DNA of 64,000 nt from Elusimicrobiota bacterium (GTDB taxonomy: Bacteria > Elusimicrobiota > Elusimicrobia > JACQPE01). The stretch covers positions 14,570 to 78,569 of the forward strand of contig JACPAN010000003.1 of NCBI GenBank assembly GCA_016180815.1, given 5' to 3'. The notes beneath the pieces were generated by a model. The model did not search any database and had not been told where the DNA came from. It worked only from the letters and a program-made list of their open reading frames with translations. How positions within the stretch are numbered: the stretch's first letter is position 1; every line of letters begins with the position of its first letter. The position numbers and the translations under genes were made by a program. Below, piece by piece: positions 1-9,914 of the stretch.

Positions 1-2
1 TG

Positions 3-1622
3 GAAAGCATTTGCCGTTATGGCTTGAAAGAAGCCCTGAATAATTTTATCGGCATGTTCGCTTTCGCTCTTTGGGATCAGCAGCAGCGGAGCCTTTATTT
101 AGCAAGGGACCGGATGGGGGAAAAGCCGCTTTATTATTTATGGACTCCCGGATTTGTTTTATTCGGATCAGAACTAAAAGCCTTAAAGGCGCATCCTGAT
201 TTTTCGGCCGAAATCGATCGTTATGCCCTGGATCTTTATCTGCGTTATGCTTATGTTCCCGCACCCCATTCTATTTTTCGCGGCGTCCGCAAGCTCCCCG
301 CGGGGTCTTTTTTGGAGATAGAAATTTCGGTTCCCTCTGAACCTAAAATGTTTTGTTATTGGTCGGCTCAAGGAATGGTTGAGCAAGCCAAGCGCGAACC
401 GATCTCCGGTCATGAAGCCGATCTAAAGGATCGGGTCAAAGCGCTTCTTAAGGACGCTATCGGCCTTCAAATGAGATCGGATGTTCCTTTAGGAGCTTTT
501 CTTTCAGGGGGGATTGATTCGTCGGTTGTCTCAGCGTTCATGCAGGCGGCGAGCGATCGTCCCATCAAAACGTTCACCATCGGCTTTAAAGAAACCAGCC
601 ACGATGAATCCGGGCATGCCAGAGAGGTGGCTCATTGCCTTAAAACCGACCATACGGAGATTTTTGTTAACCCCCAAGATGCTCTGGATGTTATTCCTCA
701 ATTGCCTCATATTTATGACGAACCGTTTGCTGATTCATCTCAAGTACCGACCTATCTCTTGGCGAAACTGACGCGGCGTTACGTTACAGTTAGTCTTTCC
801 GGAGACGGGGGGGATGAATTGTTCGGCGGCTACAATCGCTATAAACTCGGTCTTTATGGGAGATCGTTGAGCGCTGTGCCTAAATTTTTAAGGAGGGCTC
901 TGGCCCGTGGTCTCACCGCTTGCCCTCCTCATTTTTGGGATAAGCTGAGCCAAAATTTGATGCCATTATTGCCAAAAAAATTGCATTGGACTGACGTGGG
1001 AGACAAAATTCATAAATTGGCCCCTATTATTTCTTTGGAGAAACCTGAGGACATGTATCAAAGCCTGCTTTCTCATTGGCCTAAATTTTCGCCTGTTGTC
1101 AAAGGCGCCCCCTCGCTCTCCAATGGCACGGCCGATTGGGACCAGAAGCCGACCCGGACTGAGTTTATTCAAAAGATGATGTATCTGGATTTGGTCAATT
1201 ATTTGCCTGATGACATTCTTGTCAAGGTGGATAGAGCCGGCATGGCCGTCGGCTTAGAATCGAGAGTGCCGTTTTTGGACCATCGTCTTGTTGAGCTGGC
1301 GTGGCGTTTACCTTTGGAAGTTAAGATTAGAAACGGACAAAGGAAATGGATCCTAAGGCAAATTCTTTATGAATATGTCCCCAAAAGCATTGTTGATCGC
1401 CCTAAAATGGGGTTCGGCGTTCCCCTTGCTTCTTGGTTACGCGGTCCTTTGAGGGGATGGGCCGATTCATTGCTCGATGAACATCGTCTTGTTCGCGAAG
1501 GATTTTTTGAGCCGGAACCTATACGCCGGAAATGGCAAGAACATTGCTCCGGAGCGCGCAACTGGCAACATCAGCTTTGGCCCGTGCTGATGTTCCAGGG
1601 TTGGCTGGAAGTTTATGGATAG
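3..1622 (+). CDS. asnB: Asparagine synthase (glutamine-hydrolysing)-type amidotransferase, 5' end outside the window
   Basis: GMFAFALWD, RDRMGEKPLYY, SDVPLGAFLSGGIDSS, LSGDGGDELFGGY, KVDRAGMAVGLESRVPFLDH and RPKMGF motifs; the frame is open back to the window edge. Confidence 0.93.
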   Translation, partial: ESICRYGLKEALNNFIGMFAFALWDQQQRSLYLARDRMGEKPLYYLWTPGFVLFGSELKALKAHPDFSAEIDRYALDLYLRYAYVPAPHSIFRGVRKLPAGSFLEIEISVPSEPKMFCYWSAQGMVEQAKREPISGHEADLKDRVKALLKDAIGLQMRSDVPLGAFLSGGIDSSVVSAFMQAASDRPIKTFTIGFKETSHDESGHAREVAHCLKTDHTEIFVNPQDALDVIPQLPHIYDEPFADSSQVPTYLLAKLTRRYVTVSLSGDGGDELFGGYNRYKLGLYGRSLSAVPKFLRRALARGLTACPPHFWDKLSQNLMPLLPKKLHWTDVGDKIHKLAPIISLEKPEDMYQSLLSHWPKFSPVVKGAPSLSNGTADWDQKPTRTEFIQKMMYLDLVNYLPDDILVKVDRAGMAVGLESRVPFLDHRLVELAWRLPLEVKIRNGQRKWILRQILYEYVPKSIVDRPKMGFGVPLASWLRGPLRGWADSLLDEHRLVREGFFEPEPIRRKWQEHCSGARNWQHQLWPVLMFQGWLEVYG

Positions 1623-1631
1623 GCCAGCTTA

Positions 1632-2483
1632 ATGACTATCAATAAGATTCCTTGGTGGGGGAAAATTGCCGCTAAGGTTATTTTATCGCGAGTCCCATTC
1701 GGTTATCGGTTTTGGAAGGCGCTGCGTTTATTCCAGCATGGAGCCATGGAACGACCGGCCTATGCTTATGAAATATTTATGAGGCATTTCAAAAGGTTTG
1801 GCCGCCCGGAATTTGTCGGTTTAGAGTTGGGTCCCGGGGATTCTCTCTTTTCCGCTTTGATTGCTTCCGCTACAGGATCGACCTCTTATTATCTGGTTGA
1901 TATGGCGTATTATGCGCAACAGCAACCCCGAGCCTATTTGCGGATGGCGCAATATCTTAAAGAGAAAGGCATGAAAACGCCTGATTTGCAAAATACAAGC
2001 GGTCTGGAAGAAATTTTGGATTCTTGCGGGGCTACTTATAAAACGGCCGGATTGGAGTCGCTCAGGGAGATTCCGACCAATTCAGTGGATTTTATATGGT
2101 CGCAGGCGGTATTGGAACACGTTAAGCGTGCCGATTTTTCGGGATTAATGAAAGAGCTTAGGCGCATTATTCGCCAAGACGGCCTGTGTTCGCATCGCAT
2201 TGACTTAAGGGACCATTTGGGCGGAGGTATTAATCATTTGCGATTTTCAGAAAAAATTTGGGAGTCTGATTTTATCTCTTGTTCCGGTTTTTACACAAAT
2301 CGCATGCCTTATTCTGAGATGTTGTCTTGTTTTAAGACGGCCGGTTTTGGCGTTGAGATAGTTTCGTTGGATCGCAGGGATGCGTTGCCGATTTCTAAGA
2401 AAAAATTAGACCAAAAATTCAGAAATTTGACCGAAGAAGAACTGTGCGTCCAGGGTTTCGATGTTCTTTTAAGGCCTGCATAA
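1632..2483 (+). CDS. Class I SAM-dependent methyltransferase (glycan tailoring)
   Basis: LELGPGDS motif I; DFIWSQAVLEHV; ELRRIIRQDG; glycan-locus context. Confidence 0.8.
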   Translation: MTINKIPWWGKIAAKVILSRVPFGYRFWKALRLFQHGAMERPAYAYEIFMRHFKRFGRPEFVGLELGPGDSLFSALIASATGSTSYYLVDMAYYAQQQPRAYLRMAQYLKEKGMKTPDLQNTSGLEEILDSCGATYKTAGLESLREIPTNSVDFIWSQAVLEHVKRADFSGLMKELRRIIRQDGLCSHRIDLRDHLGGGINHLRFSEKIWESDFISCSGFYTNRMPYSEMLSCFKTAGFGVEIVSLDRRDALPISKKKLDQKFRNLTEEELCVQGFDVLLRPA

Positions 2484-2486
2484 ATT

Positions 2487-3659
2487 ATGAAAAACCAGTC
2501 GAAGCCGAGAATTCTTTTTTTAGCGGCAGCGGATTGGTACTTTTGGAGCCATCGGTTGCCCTTGGCGCGCCAGGCGCGCGATCAAGGCATGGAGGTTTTC
2601 GTCGTTACTCGCCTAGATCGGCATAAACAGCTTTTAATCGATGAAGGATTTTTTCCGATCCATATAGATTTCTATCGAGGTTTAAGGAATGTTATTCATG
2701 AACTGCAAACTTTACGCAGCATAATACGGGTATATCGTACCGTCAGGCCTTCTCTGGTTCATCATACATCGATGAAGCCTATTCTTTATGGTTCGATTGC
2801 CGCATGGTGGAATGATTTGCCGGCTACGATCAATATGATCACCGGCTTGGGTTTTATTTTTTCTTCCCAGAGCGCGTGGTCAAAAATTGTTCGTTGGGCG
2901 CTGATGCCGGTGCTTAAAAGGCTTTTCCGGGCGACCAATTCCTATGTTATTTTTCAAAACAAGCAGGATTATGACGAGCTGTGCGACGCAGACGTTGTTG
3001 CGCGCGCCAGGGCTGCCGTTATTCGGGGAAGCGGGGTTGATATAGAGCGTTTTTTCCCTCGCCCTGAGCCCGATGGCCAGCCTGTCGTTTTGATGGCCTC
3101 GCGCATGTTATGGAGCAAGGGAGTGGGGGATTTCGTGGAAGCGGCAAAATTGTTGAAGAATCGCCGGAGTCTACGTTGCGTATTAGTCGGCATCCTGGAT
3201 AAAGAGAATCCGGACGGCGTTCCTGAGGAAACCCTTTTAGAGTGGGACCGGCAGGGAATTATTGAATGGTGGGGCGAAAGAAAAGACATGGACAATGTGA
3301 TTAACAATTCTCATGTCGTGGTATTACCCACTTATTACGGCGAGGGGTTGCCTAAAATTTTACTGGAAGCGGCTGCTTGCGGAAGGCCGTTGGTGGCCAC
3401 CGCGGTTCGAGGGTGTTTGGAAATCGTTCGACCTGAAAAGAATGGTTTTTTGGTGCCTCCCAAAGACCCGCCGGCTTTAGCCCATGCTATTGAAATGTTG
3501 GTTGGCGATCCCTCTTTGCGCGCTTTATTCGGAAATCAAGGCAGGGAGATCGTCGTGCAGGAATTTTCATCGGCCAAAATAGTTGAGGAAACGTTGGCTG
3601 TTTATAAAAATTTGTTAGACCGACCCTCAACCGTTAATAGCCAGCCGTTTCTAGTATAA
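2487..3659 (+). CDS. Glycosyltransferase family 4
   Basis: IRGSGVD, ASRMLWSKGV, EGLPKILLEAAACGRP (EX7E). Confidence 0.92.
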   Translation: MKNQSKPRILFLAAADWYFWSHRLPLARQARDQGMEVFVVTRLDRHKQLLIDEGFFPIHIDFYRGLRNVIHELQTLRSIIRVYRTVRPSLVHHTSMKPILYGSIAAWWNDLPATINMITGLGFIFSSQSAWSKIVRWALMPVLKRLFRATNSYVIFQNKQDYDELCDADVVARARAAVIRGSGVDIERFFPRPEPDGQPVVLMASRMLWSKGVGDFVEAAKLLKNRRSLRCVLVGILDKENPDGVPEETLLEWDRQGIIEWWGERKDMDNVINNSHVVVLPTYYGEGLPKILLEAAACGRPLVATAVRGCLEIVRPEKNGFLVPPKDPPALAHAIEMLVGDPSLRALFGNQGREIVVQEFSSAKIVEETLAVYKNLLDRPSTVNSQPFLV

Positions 3660-3688
3660 TTTTTTAGTAAAAATAAAAATTTATCTAA

Positions 3689-4618
3689 ATGATGATTGAT
3701 CTGGCACCGCAATCGCGGATAAACAACCCAGCCTTACTAGGATTCATTAAAGCAAAAAGTCTCACCCATGAACACTTGCTCGCCATTGTGCGGACGGAGG
3801 CAGCGCGGTTCCCGGATCATTCAACGGTCAGAATTCTTGACGTGGGTTGCGGCCGAGGCGACTTGTTGGCGTATCTTAGCGGCAATCTATCTGATTTGAC
3901 TTCAAAGAAATTCGAATTTTATGGTTTTGACGTTACCGATGACGGCGTTCATAGCGATGGTTATTTACTGGAGACGATTAAAAATCTCTCAATATTGCGA
4001 CCCGATGTCACCTGGAGCGAGCGAATTCGCGGGATTTCGGTGAATGAATCATGGCCCTATCCAGATGATTTCTTCGATGTAATTCTCTCAAATCAAGTCC
4101 TAGAGCATGTCATGGATTACGACCATTTTTTTTCCCAACTACGACGAACTTTACGCGACGGCGGCTACTGTGCCCAAGTTTTTCCTTTAGCGCATTGTAT
4201 TTACGAGAGCCATGTGAACCTGCCGTTTGTTCATCGCATGAAAAACTATGAATTTTTGAGAGGTTGCATTAAGGCCATGAGCTGGTTGGGGTTGGGGAAT
4301 TTCAAAAGCCAACAACGGCATTCCGGAATATCGCTTGACGATTTCAGCAAACGAACCGCCGACTACATCATGTTTTTCACAAACTATTTGAGCCATCGAG
4401 ATGCGCTTGAGCTTGGGAAACGATACAAAATGCGAGCTTCCTATCGGTATACCAAGGAATTTTATGAGAGAAAAGTCCGTAAAATTTTAGGATTGCCGGC
4501 CCGTTCTAATTACCAGATGCAAGGCAACGCGTTGTATGATTGGCTTTGTGTTATGGCGTTTAAGTACGTCTCAAGCGTTACTCTATTTTGCGAAAAAAAG
4601 GTTCGGGGCCGGTTTTAA
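3689..4618 (+). CDS. Class I SAM-dependent methyltransferase
   Basis: ILDVGCGRG; FFDVILSNQVLEHV; RTLRDGG. Confidence 0.85.
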   Translation: MMIDLAPQSRINNPALLGFIKAKSLTHEHLLAIVRTEAARFPDHSTVRILDVGCGRGDLLAYLSGNLSDLTSKKFEFYGFDVTDDGVHSDGYLLETIKNLSILRPDVTWSERIRGISVNESWPYPDDFFDVILSNQVLEHVMDYDHFFSQLRRTLRDGGYCAQVFPLAHCIYESHVNLPFVHRMKNYEFLRGCIKAMSWLGLGNFKSQQRHSGISLDDFSKRTADYIMFFTNYLSHRDALELGKRYKMRASYRYTKEFYERKVRKILGLPARSNYQMQGNALYDWLCVMAFKYVSSVTLFCEKKVRGRF

Positions 4619-4722
4619 TATTCGTTTTCCGTAATAACTTTCGCCTCTTAATTCATATGGAGCCATGAGAACGAATAGATCAATTATGAATCGATATTTT
4701 TCATGTTAATCCCTCAGCAGTC

Positions 4723-5715
4723 ATGGCTTTAGCGCTGATTACAGGCGCTACAGGATTTGTTGGCCGGCATCTTGTCGCCTCGCTTCGGCAAGAAGGGGTG
4801 AAGACGCGCCTGTTGATTAGGAATAGAACCAGGATCCCTCTTTCTTGGTTCAATGATCGCGGAATTGAAATATTGGAGAGCAACTTGGCTGATTTGACTG
4901 GTGTTAAAAGAGCATGCGAAGGAGCGGATGTTATTTTTCATTTGGCCGGAAAATCGGATGCGGAAGTGGATCGTAAAAATACCGGCGATCATCGGGAACA
5001 CACCGGCTTTAGCCGGATTTTGTCGGAAGCTGCTTCCGTAAAAGGCGTCCAATCGTTTATTTATTTCAGCTCAGTTAAAGTAATGGGGGAAGCAAGTGGG
5101 CAATGCCTTAATGAGAATATAAGCCCCCAATCCCAAACACCTTATGCGGTTTCCAGGTGGGAAAGTGAAAAGTTGATCCTGGCGAATACGCGTCTGCCGC
5201 ACGTGAGTGTTTTAAGATTGACGCCTGTTTATGGCCCGGGCTGCGGGGGCAATTTGATGCGCATGCTTCGTTTGATTAAATTGGGAATTTTTCCGCCGTT
5301 GCCGGATGTCGGGAATAAGCGTTCTTTTGTCGCTGTTCACGATGTCGTCCAGGCGGCTCATTTGGTTATGAAAAACCCCGCATCTAATCGGCAGACTTAT
5401 ATTGTTTCGGGAGACGAAGCCCCGTCCACCAGGGATCTCTATATTTATTTGTGTGATGCCTTGGGGAAAAAAGTCCCAAGCTGGACCGTTCCTTTCGGCG
5501 TTTTTCAAAAGATTGCCAGATTGGGCGAAGGAACCAATATTATTTTCAGAAGGCGTCTTTTCCCAATGGATGAAATTTCCTTGTCAAGGCTTTTTGGCTC
5601 TGCTTGGTATAGCTGCGATAAAATTAAGCGCGAACTTGGCTATCAGCCGAAATTTCGGTTGCAAGGATGTCTTCCTGAAATCATCTCCCATGGTTCCGGC
5701 CGTTCATATGATTGA
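4723..5715 (+). CDS. NAD-dependent epimerase/dehydratase (extended SDR)
   Basis: ITGATGFVG; IFHLAG; FSSVKV; YAVSR (YxxxK variant). Confidence 0.88.
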   Translation: MALALITGATGFVGRHLVASLRQEGVKTRLLIRNRTRIPLSWFNDRGIEILESNLADLTGVKRACEGADVIFHLAGKSDAEVDRKNTGDHREHTGFSRILSEAASVKGVQSFIYFSSVKVMGEASGQCLNENISPQSQTPYAVSRWESEKLILANTRLPHVSVLRLTPVYGPGCGGNLMRMLRLIKLGIFPPLPDVGNKRSFVAVHDVVQAAHLVMKNPASNRQTYIVSGDEAPSTRDLYIYLCDALGKKVPSWTVPFGVFQKIARLGEGTNIIFRRRLFPMDEISLSRLFGSAWYSCDKIKRELGYQPKFRLQGCLPEIISHGSGRSYD

Positions 5716-6736
5716 AGGGGCAGTTTTAGCCGCGGCATGGCTGATTGCCGCGATCGGCACATGGATGGTTGTTCGTTTCTGTGCCTGGGAAAGGGCGCTT
5801 GATCGGCCTAATGAGCGTTCTTTGCATACTCATCCGGTTCCTCGATTGGGCGGATTAGCTATTCTGGCGGCGTTTATTTTAGGTGCGACCTTTTTAGTTT
5901 TACTTCACCGGGGGGGTGTTCGATTTTTGCCAAGGCTTCTCCTATGTTTATTGCCGGTAACGATTGTTTCCCTATGGGACGATCTTGGCGGAGTTTCTGT
6001 GATGAAAAGGCTTTTAATTCACACCAGCGCAGCCGGCCTTTTCGTTTTTTGGGACAAGCCGATGCTTAATCATGGTTGGTTTTCGATAGCGTTCTTCATT
6101 GTATTTATCGTGACGATGCTTAACATTTACAATTTTATGGATGGTTTAGACGGATTGGCAGCCGGCATGACCGTCTGCGGTTTCGGGAGCCTGGCGATTT
6201 TAAGTCATTTGTCCGGCTTTGGAGACTTGGCTTCTTTGTGTTGCGTCTTAGCTTGTTCTTGCGGGGGTTTTTTAGTATTTAATTTTCCCCCTGGAAGAAT
6301 CTTTATGGGAGACGTGGGTTCGGCTTCTTTGGGTTTTTTAACCGGAACAATCGTATTAACGGGAACTCTGATCGGCGCTTTCTCTGCCGGCGCCGCCGCC
6401 ATTGTTTTTTCTCCTTTTCTGGTTGATTCTATCGTGACATTGGTGAGAAGGTTGCTTGCGAGGGAGAAAATTTGGATTTCACATCGCAGCCATTATTATC
6501 AACGGTTGGTTTTAGCCGGTTATAGCCCCAGAGATGCCGTCCTTATGGAGTATGGTTTGATGATTGTCTGCGGCATCGGTGCTTTGTTTTATGAATTAAG
6601 CATAGATCGTCTGCGGCATATGATTATGATGGCTTTCGGAGCGGGGTATGCCTTGTTAGCCTGGCGTATTGAACAAATCGAAAGATTCAAAAATGACGGT
6701 AACAATTTCAATAAGGTCAGCGTGGCTGGACGATGA
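5708..6736 (+). CDS. WecA/MraY-like undecaprenyl-phosphate sugar-1-phosphate transferase; likely start ATG 5708, not 5402
   Basis: PNERSLH, PRLGGLA, NIYNFMDGLDGLA, IFMGDVGS, HRSHYYQRL; many hydrophobic helices. Confidence 0.9.
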   Translation: MIEGAVLAAAWLIAAIGTWMVVRFCAWERALDRPNERSLHTHPVPRLGGLAILAAFILGATFLVLLHRGGVRFLPRLLLCLLPVTIVSLWDDLGGVSVMKRLLIHTSAAGLFVFWDKPMLNHGWFSIAFFIVFIVTMLNIYNFMDGLDGLAAGMTVCGFGSLAILSHLSGFGDLASLCCVLACSCGGFLVFNFPPGRIFMGDVGSASLGFLTGTIVLTGTLIGAFSAGAAAIVFSPFLVDSIVTLVRRLLAREKIWISHRSHYYQRLVLAGYSPRDAVLMEYGLMIVCGIGALFYELSIDRLRHMIMMAFGAGYALLAWRIEQIERFKNDGNNFNKVSVAGR

Positions 6737-7908
6737 AAATTCTTCTTCTTATTCGCTCTTTAAATGCTGGCGGCACGGAAAAACAATTGATCTATCTGGC
6801 CCGGGGCCTGAAAGATCTGGGTTATGAAGTACACGTCGCCGTTTTTTATCAGGACGGGACATGGGACAGCTTGGTCAAGGCTAACTCCAAAATTCATTTT
6901 CATTGTTTGGAAAAACGCGGCAGATGGGATGTATTGTCGTTCATCTGGAGTTTTAAGAAATTGATACAGGTATATGACTTTGACGTCGTTTATGGTTTTT
7001 TGCCATCAGGCAACCTGATCGCCTCGCTTGCGAAACGATTCTATTCTTCCAAGCGGCCAAAAGTTGCGTGGGGAATACGAGTGTCAAAAATGGACTATGG
7101 TCGATACGGATTACTGGATATCTTGTTGGAATGGACTGAAAGATGCCTGGCGCCTGGCGCCGATCGTATTATCGTCAACTCTCAGAAGGGTTTGGACATA
7201 TGCCGCAATTCAGGATTTCCTGCGGATAAATTGTTTTATATTGCGAACGGTATCGACACTGAGACCTATGTAAAAACAAAGGCCGATGGTTTGAGGATTA
7301 GAACCATGTTGGGCATTCCTGCCGAGGCCTCTTTAATTGGGATTGTCGCACGCATCGATCCTATGAAAGATCATGAAACTTTTTTGAGGGCGGCGGCGCT
7401 GTTGGCCAAACGCAAAAAAAACGCCAAATTTATTTGCATCGGCGGTCAAACTCAACGATTTCCGGGTTATTTCGAGAAATTGCAAAGATTGGCTTCTAAG
7501 CTGAAAATTGCCGATCAGATCTATTGGGCGGGGCATCAGCAGGATATAGTTTCTTGGATCAATGCCTTAGATTTTTCTTGTTCGGCATCTTCTTTCGGGG
7601 AGGGTTTCTCCAACGCTGTCGGTGAAGTTATGGCCTGTGAAATTCCTTGTGTTGTTACAGACGTGGGCGATTCTGCTGTCATTGTCGGCGATGCGGGAAG
7701 GGTCGTTCCTCCCGGAGAACCCAGAGCATTGGCGGATGCTTTGTTAGAGTTGTCGAGCTTATCCCCGGATGAAAAGTGTTTATTGGGCCTGAGAGCGAGA
7801 TCACGCATTGTCGAGCATTTTTCCATTGGCCGCATGGTCAATGATACGGATGCTGCTCTTCGAGGTTTGCATTACGATAGTACGATGCTTTCGCCAGTCG
7901 GCGGGTAA
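6733..7908 (+). CDS. Glycosyltransferase family 4
   Basis: GGTEKQ, IANGID, ARIDPMKDHETFL, EGFSNAVGEVMACEIPCV. Confidence 0.92.
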   Translation: MKILLLIRSLNAGGTEKQLIYLARGLKDLGYEVHVAVFYQDGTWDSLVKANSKIHFHCLEKRGRWDVLSFIWSFKKLIQVYDFDVVYGFLPSGNLIASLAKRFYSSKRPKVAWGIRVSKMDYGRYGLLDILLEWTERCLAPGADRIIVNSQKGLDICRNSGFPADKLFYIANGIDTETYVKTKADGLRIRTMLGIPAEASLIGIVARIDPMKDHETFLRAAALLAKRKKNAKFICIGGQTQRFPGYFEKLQRLASKLKIADQIYWAGHQQDIVSWINALDFSCSASSFGEGFSNAVGEVMACEIPCVVTDVGDSAVIVGDAGRVVPPGEPRALADALLELSSLSPDEKCLLGLRARSRIVEHFSIGRMVNDTDAALRGLHYDSTMLSPVGG

Positions 7909-7970
7909 TTTTTCGTCGCCAAAATATTTATAATAATGGTTAATCCATCGATTACAGCTTTGAGTCGGGT

Positions 7971-9914
7971 ATGCAATTTTTATTAAGCAACAGGGCCTTC
8001 CTTTTAAGAAGAACGATTATTATTTTAAGCCACCTTTCGGTTGTCGTTATATCCAACTTGTTTGCCTTCTATTTGCGTTTTGATGGTAATTTACCAAACC
8101 ATTATTGGGAGCTTTTCGTTTCCAGTCTGCCTTATTTGATTCTAATAAGGGGTTTTATTTTTTTCCTTTTCCGACTTTATGGCGGCATTTGGCAGTATCC
8201 CAGCGTTCAGGATTTTTTAAGCATCATCACGGCTGTTAGCGCTTCCACCCTTGTTTTTTTTCTTGCGGTTAAGTTTTTACTTGGACTGGAAGGCTACCCC
8301 ATCTCTATTTTTATTATGGATTCCTTGGTTTTGACGATTCTTGTCGGAACCCTGCGTTTGACTAAAAAAGTTTATCGATATGCTGTCGGCCGCAAAGGAC
8401 AAAAACCATTGTTGATTTATGGGGCGGGAGACGCCGGCGAAGCGGTGGTAAGAGACATCCATAATGATCCTTCTTCCGTTTACGATCCTATTGGGTTCAT
8501 TGATGACAATGCGGTTAAAAGAGGCGCGCATATTCGCGGGGTGCCGATCTTGGGAACACGGGCAGATTTGGAGAAAATTTTAGAAGACTGTAAACCCGTA
8601 GAAATTCTTATTGCCATGCCTTCGGTCTCTCCTCAGCAGTTACGCTCTATTGTTAAAACTTTGCAGCCCTATAGTATTCGAATAAAAATATTGCCGGGCT
8701 TAAGAGCGGTCCTTGAGGGACGGGTATTGTTTAATCAAGCCAGAGATATTGTTGTTGAAGATTTATTGTCTCGACAGCCGGTTATGATGAAGGATGACGA
8801 GGGCTTGAAAAAATATCTTAAGGGTAAAGTTGTTTTAGTCACCGGCGCCGGCGGTTCCATAGGTTCAGAATTGTCCCGACAGATTGCGTCTTATAAACCA
8901 GGCAGGCTGTTGATCTTAGATCGTTATGAAAATAATATTTTTTGGCTGTCGCAGGATATTAAAACGCAATTTCCAGAGCTTGTCACCGAGTGCCTTATCG
9001 GCGATGTCGTGGATAGTCAGCGTATAGATGAAATTTTTGAAAGATATAGGCCTCAAGTTGTATTTCACGCTGCGGCCCATAAGCATGTTTCTTTGATGGA
9101 AGACAATCCTCTTGAGGCAATCAAAAACAATATATTGGGCACCAAGAACGTCGCCGATTCAGCCAATCGTTTCGGCGTCGATAGTTTTGTATTGATTTCA
9201 ACAGATAAGGCTGTACGTCCGCTTAGCGTCATGGGAATGACCAAAAAAGTTGCTGAATTGTATGTTTCCGGGTTTAATGGAACAAGTAGAACTAAATTTG
9301 TGATTGTTCGATTTGGCAATGTTTTGGGCAGCAACGGGAGCGTTATCCCTTTATTCGAGCGGCAGATTAAAAACGGGGGGCCGGTTACTGTAACCCATCC
9401 TGAAGTAAGAAGATATTTTATGCTTATCCCTGAGGCGGTACATCTTGTGTTGCAATCCGCTTCTTTAGGGGACAAGGGTGATATGTTTGTGTTAGAAATG
9501 GGAGAGCAGATTCGAGTTGCAGATATGGCCAGAAACTTAATACGGTTTATGGGGCATATCCCAGATGAGGAGATTAAGATTCTTTTTATAGGGCTTAGGT
9601 CTGGAGAAAAGATGTATGAAGAGCTCTATGATTCAGCAAGAGAAACTTTGAGCCAAACATCGCGTGAAGGAGTTTTGAGGGTTTGTTCCAAGGTTCGACT
9701 GGATAGAACGTCCATCCAGTCGATAATGCAAAAATTTATCGCCGTTGTTAATAACGGCAGTGAAGATGAAGCCGGAAAGATACTGGCGAGTGTAGCAAAC
9801 GGTGAATCATCGGATCGTGAATTTTCGAGTTCTAATCAGCAATCGTTGACCCCGCCCCAATTCAGGTCCACGGGATTAAATGGCGGGGATCAATTGTTTC
9901 CGATGGTAAAATAA
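7971..9914 (+). CDS. CapD/PglF/WbpM-type UDP-sugar 4,6-dehydratase
   Basis: N-terminal TM helices; IYGAGDAG; VTGAGGSIGSE; FHAAAHKHV; STDKAV; VRFGNVLGSNGSVIP; VTVTHP. Confidence 0.93.
   Translation: MQFLLSNRAFLLRRTIIILSHLSVVVISNLFAFYLRFDGNLPNHYWELFVSSLPYLILIRGFIFFLFRLYGGIWQYPSVQDFLSIITAVSASTLVFFLAVKFLLGLEGYPISIFIMDSLVLTILVGTLRLTKKVYRYAVGRKGQKPLLIYGAGDAGEAVVRDIHNDPSSVYDPIGFIDDNAVKRGAHIRGVPILGTRADLEKILEDCKPVEILIAMPSVSPQQLRSIVKTLQPYSIRIKILPGLRAVLEGRVLFNQARDIVVEDLLSRQPVMMKDDEGLKKYLKGKVVLVTGAGGSIGSELSRQIASYKPGRLLILDRYENNIFWLSQDIKTQFPELVTECLIGDVVDSQRIDEIFERYRPQVVFHAAAHKHVSLMEDNPLEAIKNNILGTKNVADSANRFGVDSFVLISTDKAVRPLSVMGMTKKVAELYVSGFNGTSRTKFVIVRFGNVLGSNGSVIPLFERQIKNGGPVTVTHPEVRRYFMLIPEAVHLVLQSASLGDKGDMFVLEMGEQIRVADMARNLIRFMGHIPDEEIKILFIGLRSGEKMYEELYDSARETLSQTSREGVLRVCSKVRLDRTSIQSIMQKFIAVVNNGSEDEAGKILASVANGESSDREFSSSNQQSLTPPQFRSTGLNGGDQLFPMVK

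Noticed and set aside
5402-5707. N-terminal extension of the 444-aa ORF
   Set aside because: Overlaps the epimerase in another frame; WecA-like sequence begins at ATG 5708.
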